From: Paraspadella gotoi
Lineage: Eukaryota; Animalia; Chaetognatha
Assembly (NCBI GenBank): GCA_051294375.1
Contig: CM119265.1
Span: 24,484,279 to 24,548,278 of the forward strand
DNA length: 64,000 nt
Reading direction: 5' to 3'
How positions within the stretch are numbered: the stretch's first letter is position 1; every line of letters begins with the position of its first letter. This document shows, in pieces, positions 13,116 to 26,800 of the stretch. The translations under genes were made by a program, and so were the position numbers. The notes under the pieces were generated by a model. The model saw only the letters and a program-made list of their open reading frames with translations. It searched no databases and was not told the DNA's origin.

Positions 13116-13472
13116 GAGAGAGAAAAGAGAGAGAGAAAAAACAAAAGACTTTTGAATTTAAGATTCATTGTTCGATGCGGTTGAAAAAACAACATCAGAA
13201 AGAGAGAATTAGTATTTTAGACTAGTGTTTAAATGAGCGACTCTTTTTTGTTTTTGTTTTTTCTGTTTTGTTTTGTTTTTTTTAAAGAAAATTTAGGTAT
13301 AAAAAGAAGAGAAAAAAGGTAACATGTCTTTAAAGATAAAAAGACAGTTTTTCGAACAATATATGAGATTAGATTAAATGTAGCAAATAATCGATCTTTC
13401 GTATAGCTTGTTAAAAACCGCCAACGACGAAAAAGTAAAAGTAAACAATTTTCTGTTTATTATCTCTTCTAG

Positions 13473-13524
13473 GATCGATATGTCTCCATGCGACTATTTT
13501 GAAAATGAAGAGAAGGAGAGAGAG

Positions 13525-13572
<48 letters not shown>

Positions 13573-15257
13573 GAGCCTAAAGAGACCTCGTTGCGAGACA
13601 ACTCATTGTTAAATTTGCTGCAATTTAAGCTTTGGCAAAGGTAAACTTTCTAACGACGACAAATATTTACGAATCTGAAATTCAACCTTTTTTTAAAACT
13701 TTGTTACCCTTTTTATAAAGGTTAACGGTTAAAGGTTTAAGGTTTGCGTTGATCCTGATTCGTTTAAAACTCAAAATGTTTTCAAAGTCGGAGATTTGCC
13801 TCATTTTATCTTTGTTCGGAATCTTCGACCGTAAGTTTAATAAAAAAGTTTTTATTTGTTGCAAAAAACGATTTTCGAATATAAAAATTCTAAACATATT
13901 AACTGCATAATATTTATTACATTTCATATAAAAAAATTTATGCAGTAACACACATCAACACGATAAAGTTAAGTCAAACTTTTCCCAAAACGGAAAAAAT
14001 TAGGAGGAAATTATTTCAAAGATTTTCAGAGATAGTAATAGTAGTAGTAATAGTAGTCTTAATAGTAGTAATAGTAATAGTAATACTATGTCATTCGTTG
14101 GTTTTCCGAGAAAACAAAAGATCTGTCGACAACTGTCGTTGTTTCGTTTTGTTCCACCAGAGGGACGAGCGACGGTCGCGGAGTCTAAAAGGGAGACGGA
14201 ATGCCGTCTCAACGCCAAGGACACTATTCCTAAAGTTTAGTTTGTTTGAAATTATTTTCCGTCTGTCTGTCCGTCTGTCTGTCTGTCTGTTTTTCGATCT
14301 ACCTCGCTCTCCGGCGATCTGTAGGTAACATTCAGTATGTGGTGTCCACTGTCATACGTGGACTGTCATTGAATCTTTGTCTGTCTGGCTGTCTCTCATT
14401 GTATCGACACTTCTGTTTCCTGAACTGTCAGTCAGCCTGCCTTTTTTTCTCTGTCTGTCAGACCGTTTTTCTGTCTGTCAGTTTGTCCATCTATATCTGT
14501 CACCTATTCGCTTATCTGTAGACCAACCGATTATCAATGAAGTAAGAATTAAGCATTGACGAAATTTCAATTTCTAGGAGTTGGAGAAAACTGTTCGTCC
14601 TCGGACATGACGACGATGACGACGACGACGATGACGACGACGACGATGACGACGATGACGACGACGACGACGCCGACGACGACGTCGACGACGACGTCGA
14701 TCAAGTCTTGTCGATATTTTTGTTCCTCGGGCGTCGGATCCGTCAAATGCGAAGTCGTCGACGGGAAATCGATCCTGATCTCCAGTTGCGACGGGAGTAT
14801 CGGTAGCGGCAGCGGCAGCGGTCTCAGCAGCGGCAGCGACCTCCTGCAGCGGGACCGGGAGTGTCTCTGTCGCCTTACAAAGTAGCCAGGCCTGTTCCGA
14901 GGGATCTTCTGAAAGCTCAGAGCGTCAACGCCGCTTCCAAAACCGACGGTGAGAAAAACAGAAGCGAAAAGGCCTGGGTTTTTTTTTTGTGGGGGGAGGG
15001 ACGGAGGGACGGAGGTGTGTCGTTTTTGACTCGTTATGTTTATTTTCCTTTTAGCTTCGATGCAAGTTAGTCATTCCGAGTCAGATGATGTCCGAGCTGA
15101 CGGAGATCGGAAGGGCGCCAACAATACTGACACAGGCGGCGACGTCGTTATCTCAAAGGGCGGCGACGCCACCAGAGTCGGCGCCCATATCGGCGTCGTC
15201 TTTCTCATCGTCGTCGTCGGCGTCGTCTTTGCTTCTCCTTCTCTGATTTTCGTATGA
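13473..15257 (+). CDS. 3' exons of a Thr-rich (mucin-like), Cys-containing, probably GPI-anchored surface protein
   Basis: Exons 13473-13640 and 14030-~14235 (phase 2 join), 14578-14948 and 15055-15257 (phase 1 join). One 1-nt correction near 14873 gives ECLCRPYKVARP. Hydrophobic end VGAHIGVVFLIVVVGVVFASPSLIFV*. The link between ~14235 and 14578 is unresolved. Confidence 0.45.
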
Positions 15258-16470
15258 AAATCTAAAAAAAAAAGCGGATTCAAAATCCAAATAACTCAAA
15301 TCATGTCTGAATTTTTTTTCCCCGTTTATTTATAAAATTGTTTACATTTCATAAAGATACTAAGTTGGAAAAGCGATGATAGTTTAGAGACATCTTTCAG
15401 TATCGTATGTGTTAAATTGAGGAGCAAGAAACTTAAACGTGGAAGCATCAAGTTGTTTTTTCCTCTTATTTCCCAAAGTATATATACACTGAAACCTTTC
15501 ACATCCAATTACCTTCACAAATACGCTTCTCTCTAAAAATGTTAAGTTTGCGCAACAAAAGCTCTTTTCTTCAATAATAAAACTAAAACTCTCAGTTTTT
15601 TCAAAAAGTTTTTTTTTTCTGTTAAAATCGTAAAATTCGCGTTTTCTGTTGAGGAGAAAAAAACGCATTTTTAGACTCACTAAGCGACTAAAGAAAATTA
15701 AAAAGCAGGTAATCGTAGGGAAGGTAATTAAAGCAATTTTCGAGANNNNNNNNNNCAAAACAAGGGAGTAAAAACAATATGAAATCAAAAGTTAATGAAA
15801 CAATGAAGACTTAAAAAATAAAAAAATAAATAATTAAAAAATTAAAAAATTNNNNNNNNNNNNNNNNNNNNNNNNNNNNNNNNNNNNNNNNNNNNNNNNN
15901 NNNNNNNNNNNNNNNNNNNNNNNNNNNNNNNNNNNNNNNNNNNNNNNNNNNNNNNNNNNNNNNNNNNNNNNNNNNNNNNNNNNNNNNNNNNNNNNNNNNN
16001 NNNNNNNNNNNNNNNNNNNNNNNNNNNNNNNNNNNNNNNNNNNNNNNNNNNNNNNNNNNNNNNNNNNNNNNNNNNNNNNNNNNNNNNNNNNNNNNNNNNN
16101 NNNNNNNNNCAAATGAGGTTAATTAATATCGCTCGAGGAACAACGAATTGAATTCGCTGAGTTCGACGGAAAAAGAGAGATTTTTTTCACCATTTCTTTT
16201 TTCTTTTTTTTTGTCGTTGATACTCATCAACGAAAAAGTTTTTCTTTGCACCAAATCTCATCATTTACTTTCAAGTCTCTCTTTCACTTCCTCTTCTTCT
16301 TCCTTTTTCTCTTCTTCCTCGACTTCCTCCTCTTTTTTCTCCCGCATTTTTCCCATGGGTGGCGTCCGTACCCATAACCCTCTTAGCTCCCTTACCCCTA
16401 GGGTCACCGAAAACGTTTCGCATTGTATCACCTTCTTGTCTCTCACCTCCCTGGTGATGTCATCACTTAC

Positions 16471-16588
16471 TTCATGATCTAAAAGTGAAGCCGCGAGCAA
16501 CCTACTTCGCCGTGCTTCTACCCCAGCAACCACCGCCGCAGCCGCCGCAGCCGCAGCCGCCACGTAAATGGTCCGCAGGAATTTTCAT
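16471..16588 (-). CDS. Candidate signal-peptide first exon MKFLRTIYVAAAAAAAAAVVAGVEARRSRLLAASLLDHE
   Basis: Needs one A removed from an A-run after the ATG; ends at a strong GAA|gtaagt donor; downstream exons not found. Confidence 0.3.
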
Positions 16589-17067
16589 TCGGTTCTCTTC
16601 TTTCGATTCTGTTTTTTTTGCTTTTGTCGTTTATCTTCTCGAGAATCTTTCTTCTTTCCTCTTTTCCTCCTTTTTTTCTCTTCTTTCCTCTTTTCCTCCT
16701 TTTTTTTCTCTTCTTTTTTGTTTCTTTCCTCAATTTTTTTTAGCTTTTTCTTTTCTTTCTTCCTTGTTTTATTTTTAATTTTATTGCTTCATTTTTTTCA
16801 TTTTTTTCTTTTCTTCTCCTTTTACTTCTTCGAATCCTTTCTCCTTTTTTTCATTATTTTCTTATTCCATTATTTATTTTCATTTGTTTATATTTCTGTC
16901 TCATGTTTTTTTCCTAACCTTTACTCATGTACTTCTTTTAGTTTTAACTTTCAAGGAAAACAACAACAATAACAACAACAACAACTAAGCTCCAAAAAAA
17001 CAATATCGCGCTTTGGTTTTTCTTTACAAACTGTTCTCTATCCTTCTTTTTCTATTTCATTCTTTCA

Positions 17068-17102
<35 letters not shown>

Positions 17103-17235
17103 NNNNNNNNNNNNNNNNNNNNNNNNNNNNNNNNNNNNNNNNNNNNNNNNNNNNNNNNNNNNNNNNNNNNNNNNNNNNNNNNNNNNNNNNNNNNNNNNNN
17201 NNNNNNNNNNNNNNNNNNNNNNNNNNNNNNNNNNN

Positions 17236-17266
<31 letters not shown>

Positions 17267-18755
17267 CCTCCCTCCTTTGATCGACTGTCGATGCAATCTG
17301 CAATCACCCTCTGTTATTGTTTTTCGATGAAACAAAAGACAATAACTCTGTCGGAAGCAACTGCGCCTTTACTCCCGAGAAGAAAGTCGCTAAAGATGGT
17401 TACAAACAACACAAAAACAACGCAAAACAACACAAGTCATGATATAACAACAGTATCACTAAACGTAATTATTTCAATCAATTTTATCATAATCATTGAT
17501 GACTGAATAATCATTTAATTTTGCCGANNNNNNNNNNNNNNNNNNNNNNNNNNNNNNNNNNNNNNNNNNNNNNNNNNNNNNNNNNNNNNNNNNNNNNNNN
17601 NNNNNNNNNNNNNNNNNNNNNNNNNNNNNNNNNNNNNNNNNNNNNNNNNNNNNNNNNNNNNNNNNNNNNNNNNNNNNNNNNNNNNNNNNNNNNNNNNNNN
17701 NNNNNNNNNNNNNNNNNNNNNNNNNNNNNNNNNNNNNNNNNNNNNNNNNNNNNNNNNNNNNNNNNNNNNNNNNNNNNNNNNNNNNNNNNNNNNNNNNNNN
17801 NNNNNNNNNNNNNNNNNNNNNNNNNNNNNNNNNNNNNNNNNNNNNNNNNNNNNNNNNNNNNNNNNNNNNNNNNNNCAAGAAAGCTTATAGAAAGTCAAAT
17901 AGAGACAGAGACATATGTCTCAGGACAGTCCCGAGAAGAGGCGTTTAACCTTTTGCCTCACCTCAATCATTCGAGAAGCGAACTTACCTATTGTTTAAGT
18001 TCTTTTATTTTCTCTCTCATTCCAATACATTTTTATTTCTGCTTCAAATTTTTCTTCAAAGCCNNNNNNNNNNNNNNNNNNNNNNNNNNNNNNNNNNNNN
18101 NNNNNNNNNNNNNNNNNNNNNNNNNNNNNNNNNNNNNNNNNNNNNNNNNNNNNNNNNNNNNNNNNNNNNNNNNNNNNNNNNNNNNNNNNNNNNNNNNNNN
18201 NNNNNNNNNNNNNNNNNNNNNNNNNNNNNNNNNNNNNNNNNNNNNNNNNGCAACTCTATAAGTTACTTTTCGGTCGGTCAGTCGGTCTATCGATCGGTCG
18301 GTCGGTATGTCTGCAACACAACATTTGAATTTCCGTTCTTGTTTAAGTTTAAAATAAGATTAAGGCAGAAGGAAAGGGGTTATAGTATATAATATAATAT
18401 ATAATAATAGCGCCAAATAATTCAAATCCTAATTGGTCCTCATCGGTTCCATCTTAGGGAGTAGACTTCTCTCCCGCTAGAGGCGCGGGATTCTTGAAGC
18501 TAAAAATAGATTCTGGATTAGGACACGCTACGAAGGACACCGACGTCTCTCTCACGCGCCATCGAGGCTTGATGTGGCGTGGCTGGAGTCAAGGGGCTTT
18601 GGAAAGAGAATTGGACCAGATCACGCAAAACAGGATGGCACCTTGAGTTTGCCCAATTTCGAAAAATTCCAGGGACGTTGCGCGCGATTGCATCGTTTCT
18701 GTCTCATTCTCTTTGTCTGCTTGGCCAATCCGGCGAAGACCCGTTTGAGAGCCCG

Positions 18756-18756
18756 A

Positions 18757-18852
<96 letters not shown>
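18756..18852. repeat. (GAAA)n microsatellite
   Basis: Direct observation. Confidence 0.95.
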
Positions 18853-20899
18853 AGTAGCCCAATTAAAAAAAAAGAAAAAAAGAGAGGAAGATGAAAAGCA
18901 TCAATAAAGAGACAGAGAGAAAGCTAGGGGGAGGCGGCTAAAATTAGAATCTTCGAAGGAGAAAGCAGAAATGGAAAGAGGCCAAATTTGTGAAGGACCG
19001 AGATTCAAATCAAAAGCGAATTCAAAAACTAAAAAAATAAAAATAATTCGCCGAAAAAAAAAAGTTAAAGAGGAAGTAAAGATCCCCCGACGAGCGCTCT
19101 CTCATCACTCTCTGTCCCCTCGAGAGCGATTCTACTCTACTTAGTAATGTAATAACTTTTCAAAGCTTTGTATTAGGGGTGAGTCAAATGGGGTGAGTCA
19201 AAAATTTAGAGCGAGGACATGCTCAAACGAAAATATATACATTTTTAAATATATTTTCAATGGACAAAACAATTTATTTTACTGCTCGATTATTATTTTT
19301 TGCGAGTCTACATCTGCGCTGACGAAGCAAATCCGCTAAAATTGTACCAAAAAAAAAATCGTTGTTTGTAACAAAAACTTTGTTTCTATAAGTTAGATAT
19401 AAATAAAACTTTCTCCAGCCTCATCTAACAACTTTTTTTTCTCGATCTCTTTCAGTTTCCCCGCCTCCTCTTAATTTTCTACTGTTCTGTCCCCTGTCCT
19501 TTCCTCCACGGTAATAGTTTCGCCTCCGTCCACCTTTTTCTAGGTCATCGAGAGTTTCTGCCCGCGGTGCTTCCGCTCATAGTTCCCTCAAATCTCAACT
19601 ACACAACCCAGTTTCCTCTAACCGCCTGCCCTTCCACTTCTCGAACCAGACCTTTTCTCGCACTCTCTGCGGCTCGGCTACTGTTTCTCTTCTAGAGCAA
19701 CTGACGCACTTAACTACATCGCGCATCTCTTGTACATTGATTAATAGATAACTCTTCACTCCTACTCTTACTCTCCTTCTTCTCTAATCCCTCTCTCTTG
19801 TTTTGGTGGCTTGGAGCTGTTTTAAGAGAGGGAGCGAACTTATAGGACTATGTGCAGCAACAAGTGCGCATCTCTCCTACTTAGCTTCAAGCTTCGAGTC
19901 GATTACACACAGAAATGGCGGCAAAGTGTGGCAGAAGAGACGGCAAAGAGGATACCAGTGTTAACCTCGCCTCCCAATCGGCTCGTCAAACATCACGCCC
20001 GCTCGCGACGTATGCACCGAATGGCGGGAGGGAACTCAGGGGAAGGAGGAGGGAAAAAGAAGGAAGAAATTCGAAAACTAGAAAAATAAGGAACAACACA
20101 TGCGTCCAGACCACAATGGCCCACTCTCACAACGACTTGACTAGCAATCCTGAACAAACCAACTAGAGCGTGCGAGTCTCTAAGAGAGAAGATGAAGAAA
20201 GATCACACAGCGAAGAAATATAACAAACGAATGTAGACAAGAAAAACAGAGATAGACACAGAACCCTAAGAAAGAGAGAGGAATATAACTTAATCTCATT
20301 TGCAATAATTTACATTTGATCCTGATAGAATAGCAGAGAGAGTCAGAAATTGAAATCAAGAAATACTTATATTATCAAAAAGTGAAGAGAATATATTTCG
20401 TATAAAATGGACATTTGTCGATTCTGCAGACACTTAATGGACAAGACTCCGCGAACCAATAGTAGGAGAAAAGACACAGGAAAATATACCATCCTATACC
20501 CGATAGAGCAGGCACCAAACTAAATTCTATCTAATCCGAACACCAACAACCACCGAATGAGACGTGAGTAATTTAGACAGAATTATAATTACTAATAAAT
20601 TGTAAATACACTCAGTCTTAATGACAATATAACACGACTGTAAGATCTCTATCCATATATCAAGAGAATTAAATAAGAATATCAGCGAATAATTAAAAAT
20701 TAACAAAATATGAGAAAGACCTTAGAAAAGGTAATATAATTAATAATATGCCGAACCGCCGTGAGATACTCACACTGATCCTTGTCCTGATTCCGTATCA
20801 TGTCAACCTCAGTATGCGTCTTTTGAACCTTCTTAAATTTTTCTCAACATGACGAAAGTGTCAAATATAATATCGTCTCTGAGTGCGAACACCACGAAT

Positions 20900-23800
20900 T
20901 GAATTGCGTGCTGAGTTCTTATCTGGAAAAAGATGAGATTTTCTCCCATTTCTAGTCTTCGTTTTCGTTATTTGCGTTAGATACTAGATGCGAAACGAGA
21001 AACAATATTTTTCTATGTCACCGCCAAATGCTGTCGATACATTTACTGTCCAATGAAACTACTCTTAACACTCCTCGTTCTGTCTTATCCCATTTTTTCT
21101 CTTACGTTGCCTCAAGACCTTAGCCCTCCCTCTTTCCGTGATTCTCCGCATTGTTTCGAGAGAATGGGTGGCGTCCGTACCCATAACCCTCTTAGCTCCC
21201 TTACCCCTAGGGTCAACCGGGAAAACGTTTCGCAATGATAGTCATCTTACGATATGTCTCTCTAACCTATAATCTCTCTGTAGATTGTTCTATACATCTT
21301 AACTCATGCTAATTTACTCCGATATAATATGATACTATTAAATGGATAGACCGCTGAGCATATTCGCTAATCCCACTTACTACCGTGCTCCCGTCAACCC
21401 CAGAACAAGAGCCACCGCCGCAGCCGCCCTCGAGCCCGAAGCAGCCGACACGATAACCTGGAGCTCCGCCACCGATATTTCTCTCATCTCGAGGGTTTTG
21501 GTCTCTCTTTCGATCTACCGCGTATTCTTTCGTCCTTTATAATCTTTATCGCTTTCACTCTCTCGCGTCGCCTGGAGAATGCCATTTCTTCGTGCTATCC
21601 CTCCCGGTGCTGCCTCCTATTCTTTGTCTTTCTTTCCCTCTTTCCTCCTTTTCTTTTCCTCTTCTGTTCTTATTTCTGTTCCTCCATTCTAATCTGTTGT
21701 CTTAGCTCGTGTGCGTACTCTTTCCGTTCTCTGTTTTTATCCTCTGTCCATGTTATTTACCGCATTCATTTTTTGTTCAGTGGTGTTTTCTTTCCATTAC
21801 AATCTCTAATGAACATCATTACTTTCGATATGCCTGTTCTCACTTCATATATTTACTTGACTAAATCTCCTGCCCATTCTCCAGCCGGATAATTCGGATA
21901 TCCATTCCATTATTCCTGAATCATGTCGGCCTCTTGATGATATGCCGGTGCTTCTCATCGTCTTCTTTCACTAATCCGGCCCTGTTACTCATGTACTCTT
22001 TGTTAGTTTTAACTATTGAACAAGTGACACAACCAACACTACGAATCAAATAACAGAAACTATGGACAACATACGTAAGCTATCCGCGAGAAACTATCAA
22101 ATATCGCCGCTGGTCTAAGCCAGTTTTTGCTTTATCAATACTAATCTCGACAGGTTCTCTGTCGTTTTTTTCCCTATTTCATTCTTTCAAATCCACTCTT
22201 TCTACTTTCTGGCTGCCCTGTCTACTCTCTTCTCGTCTGCCTCTCTTCTTCCTTGCTCTTCGTTCCTCTCGTTCCTCTCTGCGTCTCTGCATCTCTTGCC
22301 CCTCCAAGCTTTCCAATCCCTGCCTGAATATGCGTATCGTGACCCTTCCAGTCCTGTAACGATGCCAATCTGCGAGATCACCCTCTGTTTATGCTTTCGA
22401 TGAAACATGAGAGAGAGACAATAACTCTCAAAAGCGATCAGTCAATGATATCGCATACTGCGCCTTTACTCCCGAAGCCAGAGGAAGTCTCCAATACAGC
22501 GCAATATCGCACCAGAACAAGCGTACCTAAACCCTGCGGAAAAAAAGCGTAGAGAACGGACACACGTAAGCCGACCATATGGCGGGCTGTGGCGCAACCC
22601 CTCAAAGCCCTAGGTTCCAAAGCCCAACAGCAACCAACGTTCCACGGCTACTAAAAGGGGGTTATAAGAAGTTACGATATCTCTTCAGCACCACTTGTAG
22701 CGCCTCGACTTATCCAACACTGGTTGAGCCCATCCTGTCGAGCGTATTCCAACCTTCTGAATCCAGGCCCTGGACGTCTGATTGCTCCCTCCCTCCACTG
22801 GCAGTGCAAGGTGGGTTAACAATCTTGGGGGCATGATCGGCATGCTTAAGGGTTAACCCCCGTCTATAGCATGAACCTCAAGTCTGACCCCGGTGTCATG
22901 AATGCCAATCAGCTCAATGATCAACTAAGTACCCGGTTCCATTCCACTATAAACAGTTATCACTAAACCGTAAATGGTATTCAAATTTTTCGTAAATCTT
23001 CTATCACTCCTCGACCTGGGAGGAGATCATTGATGACTGAATAATCATTTTAATTTTGCCGAGTCATCGTGCCGGGACGGCCAGTTAATGCCCGACTTCT
23101 TCTAGGGTGGCTTATTGAAGGTTTTCCAGAAGAGTTACCGTAACCAGAGTAAAGACTCTACACTTTCAAAGCCTGAGTCTTCCAATAGCGCGAAGAGTTA
23201 CCACTCGTTACATCTCACGGAGATATAGAGCAGAATTAGAAGGTGTTATAGAAGTTACGGAAGCATCTTGCCCACTTAGGGCCTTTCACATTTCTTCCGG
23301 TATATACTGCGACTGGGAATGAAAGATTTCCCACTTTTTTATATAGAAAGACTTGATCTTTTGTTTATAACCTTCGGTTAATTTCTCAAGGTTACCATAT
23401 CTTAAACGAACAACGAGGACCAGCGAGTAATCTCTCCTCACCCGTCCCATGCATGGACGAAGCATCCCTGTCCTTCCAGATTGGATCCTACGCTGCCGCC
23501 CAGAGAGTGAGGAGTGTTTGCACTTAGCACATTCATGAGTGAGTTAGAGAACGAATGTAACTGTATTATTTTAAATTTAATGTATTCAAACGGTCTTTAT
23601 TTGATGTTGATTGTATGGATATTAACTGGGTCCAAGGTCCGCGTCTCGACGGGCAACTACGCCCAGTACCACTCTGCAGGCGGCTCCCCGCCCTCGGAAC
23701 GCGCTCGTGCAGGGGAGCAGACTTTCCCGTCAAATCCCGCGCCCCGATCCACCGGCCAAACCAGCACTTCGTGGGCAACGACCCGATGGAGTCGTACGAC

Positions 23801-26800
23801 TACGACGAGCGGACGAACCTTCATTCTCGCCGGGCTCCGCCTCCGCCTACTCCAAGAGCGGAACACTGGTTGACGCTCACATTCCACGAGCACTCTTCCG
23901 GCGGAAGCGGCGGAGGGGGGGGGAAAAGTCGGCGCTGAGTAGCGGCGCCTACGCGGCGGAGGCCGCGCACGGAGACGAGGAACCGGATGAAGGAACGTGG
24001 TGATGCGGAACCGCAGACACTCAGATTGCCGGACCCGACCGACAAGAGGAACTCCTTCATTCGACGGACCCTCGAGATGTCGGAGCAGGCTCAGTCCGAC
24101 AACTTAGGAGAAAGCTGGGCCAACATTCCAGATTGAAAAAAGACAAAAATAAAAAACAAAAACGACGACTCTCGCGTTCAGGTCGAAAACAAACAACGGC
24201 AAGTGATTGGCACTCTCGCAGAGCGAGAAACACTCGACACGCGCGTTTTCGAAATTTCGCCGGATCTATACGGCGGCCGCTTTAACGTAGCGCGGGGAGG
24301 GGGATAGGGCAAACACATAAAGGAGCTGTGTTGAATTAAAGGCGTTGAAGGCAGGGATGAAAAGTGTTTGAACATAAGTTCTCAACCAGTTATGATCGAG
24401 ATTTATCACGGACCGAAATTTACAAAGGTTAGTCTCTTTTATTTAAAAATATTAGTGAGCGAAGAAATAAAAAGAAAGATTTACAAAGCAAAAAAAAGTA
24501 AAGGACCACAAAATATACTACATACAAGTTCGAAGATTATAGAATGCTTGTAATGGGTTTTGAGCCTCATTTATTATTCAAAAAGAGTGACAAAGCTAAG
24601 CGTCTGCATTCTTAGGTGTTTGCGGCCTCTTTCCCTCACGCCGGACGAGCCGCGACCGATTGTAGGTATCGTACCCGGTTGAGTAATAATTGATAAGTTA
24701 ACAGGATACAGGTTCATGATATTCCATTTATTTTCCGGTTTCGATCGCAGAGAAAGACAAGAAACGAGGTTTCGGATTCCTAGATCGTCATATTTTTCTA
24801 TGTCGGCAGAGTAATGCATAAGAAACTTGGGTTGAGAACGTTATGGTTTTTTTATTATCTTCGTGGATAAAAAAAGATTAAGAAACAAACCACAGTGATA
24901 GTTTTTTTTTATTTCAATTTCTTCTTCCCTCTTCTCCCCGCGTTGAATCACTTCGAGTCTCTTCACGGCCCCTGTTTCGCTTTCCCGCTTTACTGTGAAA
25001 GATGCAATTACAACAAACTAACATTCCAGTGATTAATTTTATGCATGCGTAATGTAAAAAAAATACGAAAAAAAACCCGCGGATTAACGCAAAAAGCAAA
25101 AAAAAAAAACCTGATTTCATATTTTAAACGAAGAAAAACAGAAACTAACGTCCACCGAACATATACATAATTGAGCTAACATTCCACTATTTGTAAAGAG
25201 AAAAAAAAAGAAAAGCGATACGACTTGGGAGGCGACCGTGGTTTGTAGGTCGCACGAGCAGGTACGCTTGAAATTATCTATTTTCGAGCCACGGTACTCG
25301 GGACCAATCAGTACTTTAAAAGACGAGTATCGTTAATAGTTTGCATTGTAACTATCTGCATTAATTGGAGCTGGGAGATTTAATGTGTACCTGCGATTAA
25401 TGTCTGAGATCTGAGTTCATCGCCTTTTATCATCGTCATTCATCCTTCTTTAATTTTGTTGGTTTAGTTGTAAGACTGGGGGAGGGTGGTAAGTGGGTAA
25501 GATTGTAGGATATAATTAACGGATTTAGATAGTGTTGTGTGAACAGACTGTAATAATTGTTGGAGGGGAGGAAAAAATCTAAGGAATGCTGCTTATTCAA
25601 GTATTTTAATTTCCTTTCAGTTTTAATATTCGCGTTTCTTCCCAGTTTGCCTCTCAAAGCGTTATTTAGTATTTTTCATTTTCCCCCCCCCCGAGGTTTA
25701 TTGAGCGAACTGTTGGCTTTTTTTTCTCTCTCAATCATATCCATTATCTTCGCTTTTTCGTGCTGAACGTATTTCTCTTGTCTACCCTTCTCTCTCCTTT
25801 TCATTTTCAATACTCGGAGCGACCAAGTTTGGTACATCTTTGGAACAAATACCCGATCCCATATTTTTTCTATCTCTTTCCTATCCCTTGTTTCTAATCG
25901 CTTTTGTATTTTCTTTATCAAATGTTTGATAGTTTTTATACATTACTGTTTATCTGCCTTAAGCCATATGTTTTGTAGTTCGGAATTGCAAACGGAATGG
26001 ATGCACATGAGAGCAAGAAAAGGAGATGTCGAAACTTTGATACAGAAGATCGAGAAGATGGAAAAGAAAAGTGTTTGAGAAGCGAAAATGAAAGAAAAAA
26101 TATGCGAGGTACAGAAGACGTATTCCGCGGCTCCCCATTAGTGATATATTAATATGTTGTTGGCGTGCATAAGTTTACTATTATTTACGCTATTTGATTT
26201 GATCTCGATCCCTTCCCTTTGATTTTTAGAATTGCTGTTTACTGTAGGGTATAATGGTAGCGTAAACGTTAGTTCCAAGTTTTCCCTTCTTCGCTGAAGC
26301 GCCGAAGATGTCATCGTGTCACCCTCTCAGCTCTTTCCTCATAGCCAAGCGGCGTCTTTACACTAGCTCTCTTCTCAACCCCATCCTTTTTCTTAAATCC
26401 CCCCTTTTTTTTTTTTTTTCTCTTTTCCCATTCGCCCCTCCTTTTCAATCTCTTGTAATTGATTCTCCCTCTCATCGTTATAAAAAGTAGTGTGTAGTAA
26501 AAGTAATTTAAAGATAAGGGACGCTGAGAAATAGTGATGTTAGGGATTCTTCAATACATACAATAATTTAAACACGTGAAATCATCCCCTTTGACGAAAA
26601 ATTTAGAAGGAGACAAATTTAATTTACGTTCCAAGTCCGCTTGGAAGACAAATCATCCAGTTTGCCCGTCCGCCCAAATTCCCAAAAAAGGTACACCAAA
26701 AATTAGATAATGGAGAATGTCTAACTCTTTGTTCGCCTCCTTTTCGCTTTGTATCCAAGTTTTTTACGTATTCTTTTTTTTCCTCCCATCTTTCCTTCCT

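Noticed and set aside
15071-15283. Minus-strand Thr/Pro-rich ORF
   Set aside because: Antisense mirror of the plus-strand terminal exon, which has better phase-matched splice support.
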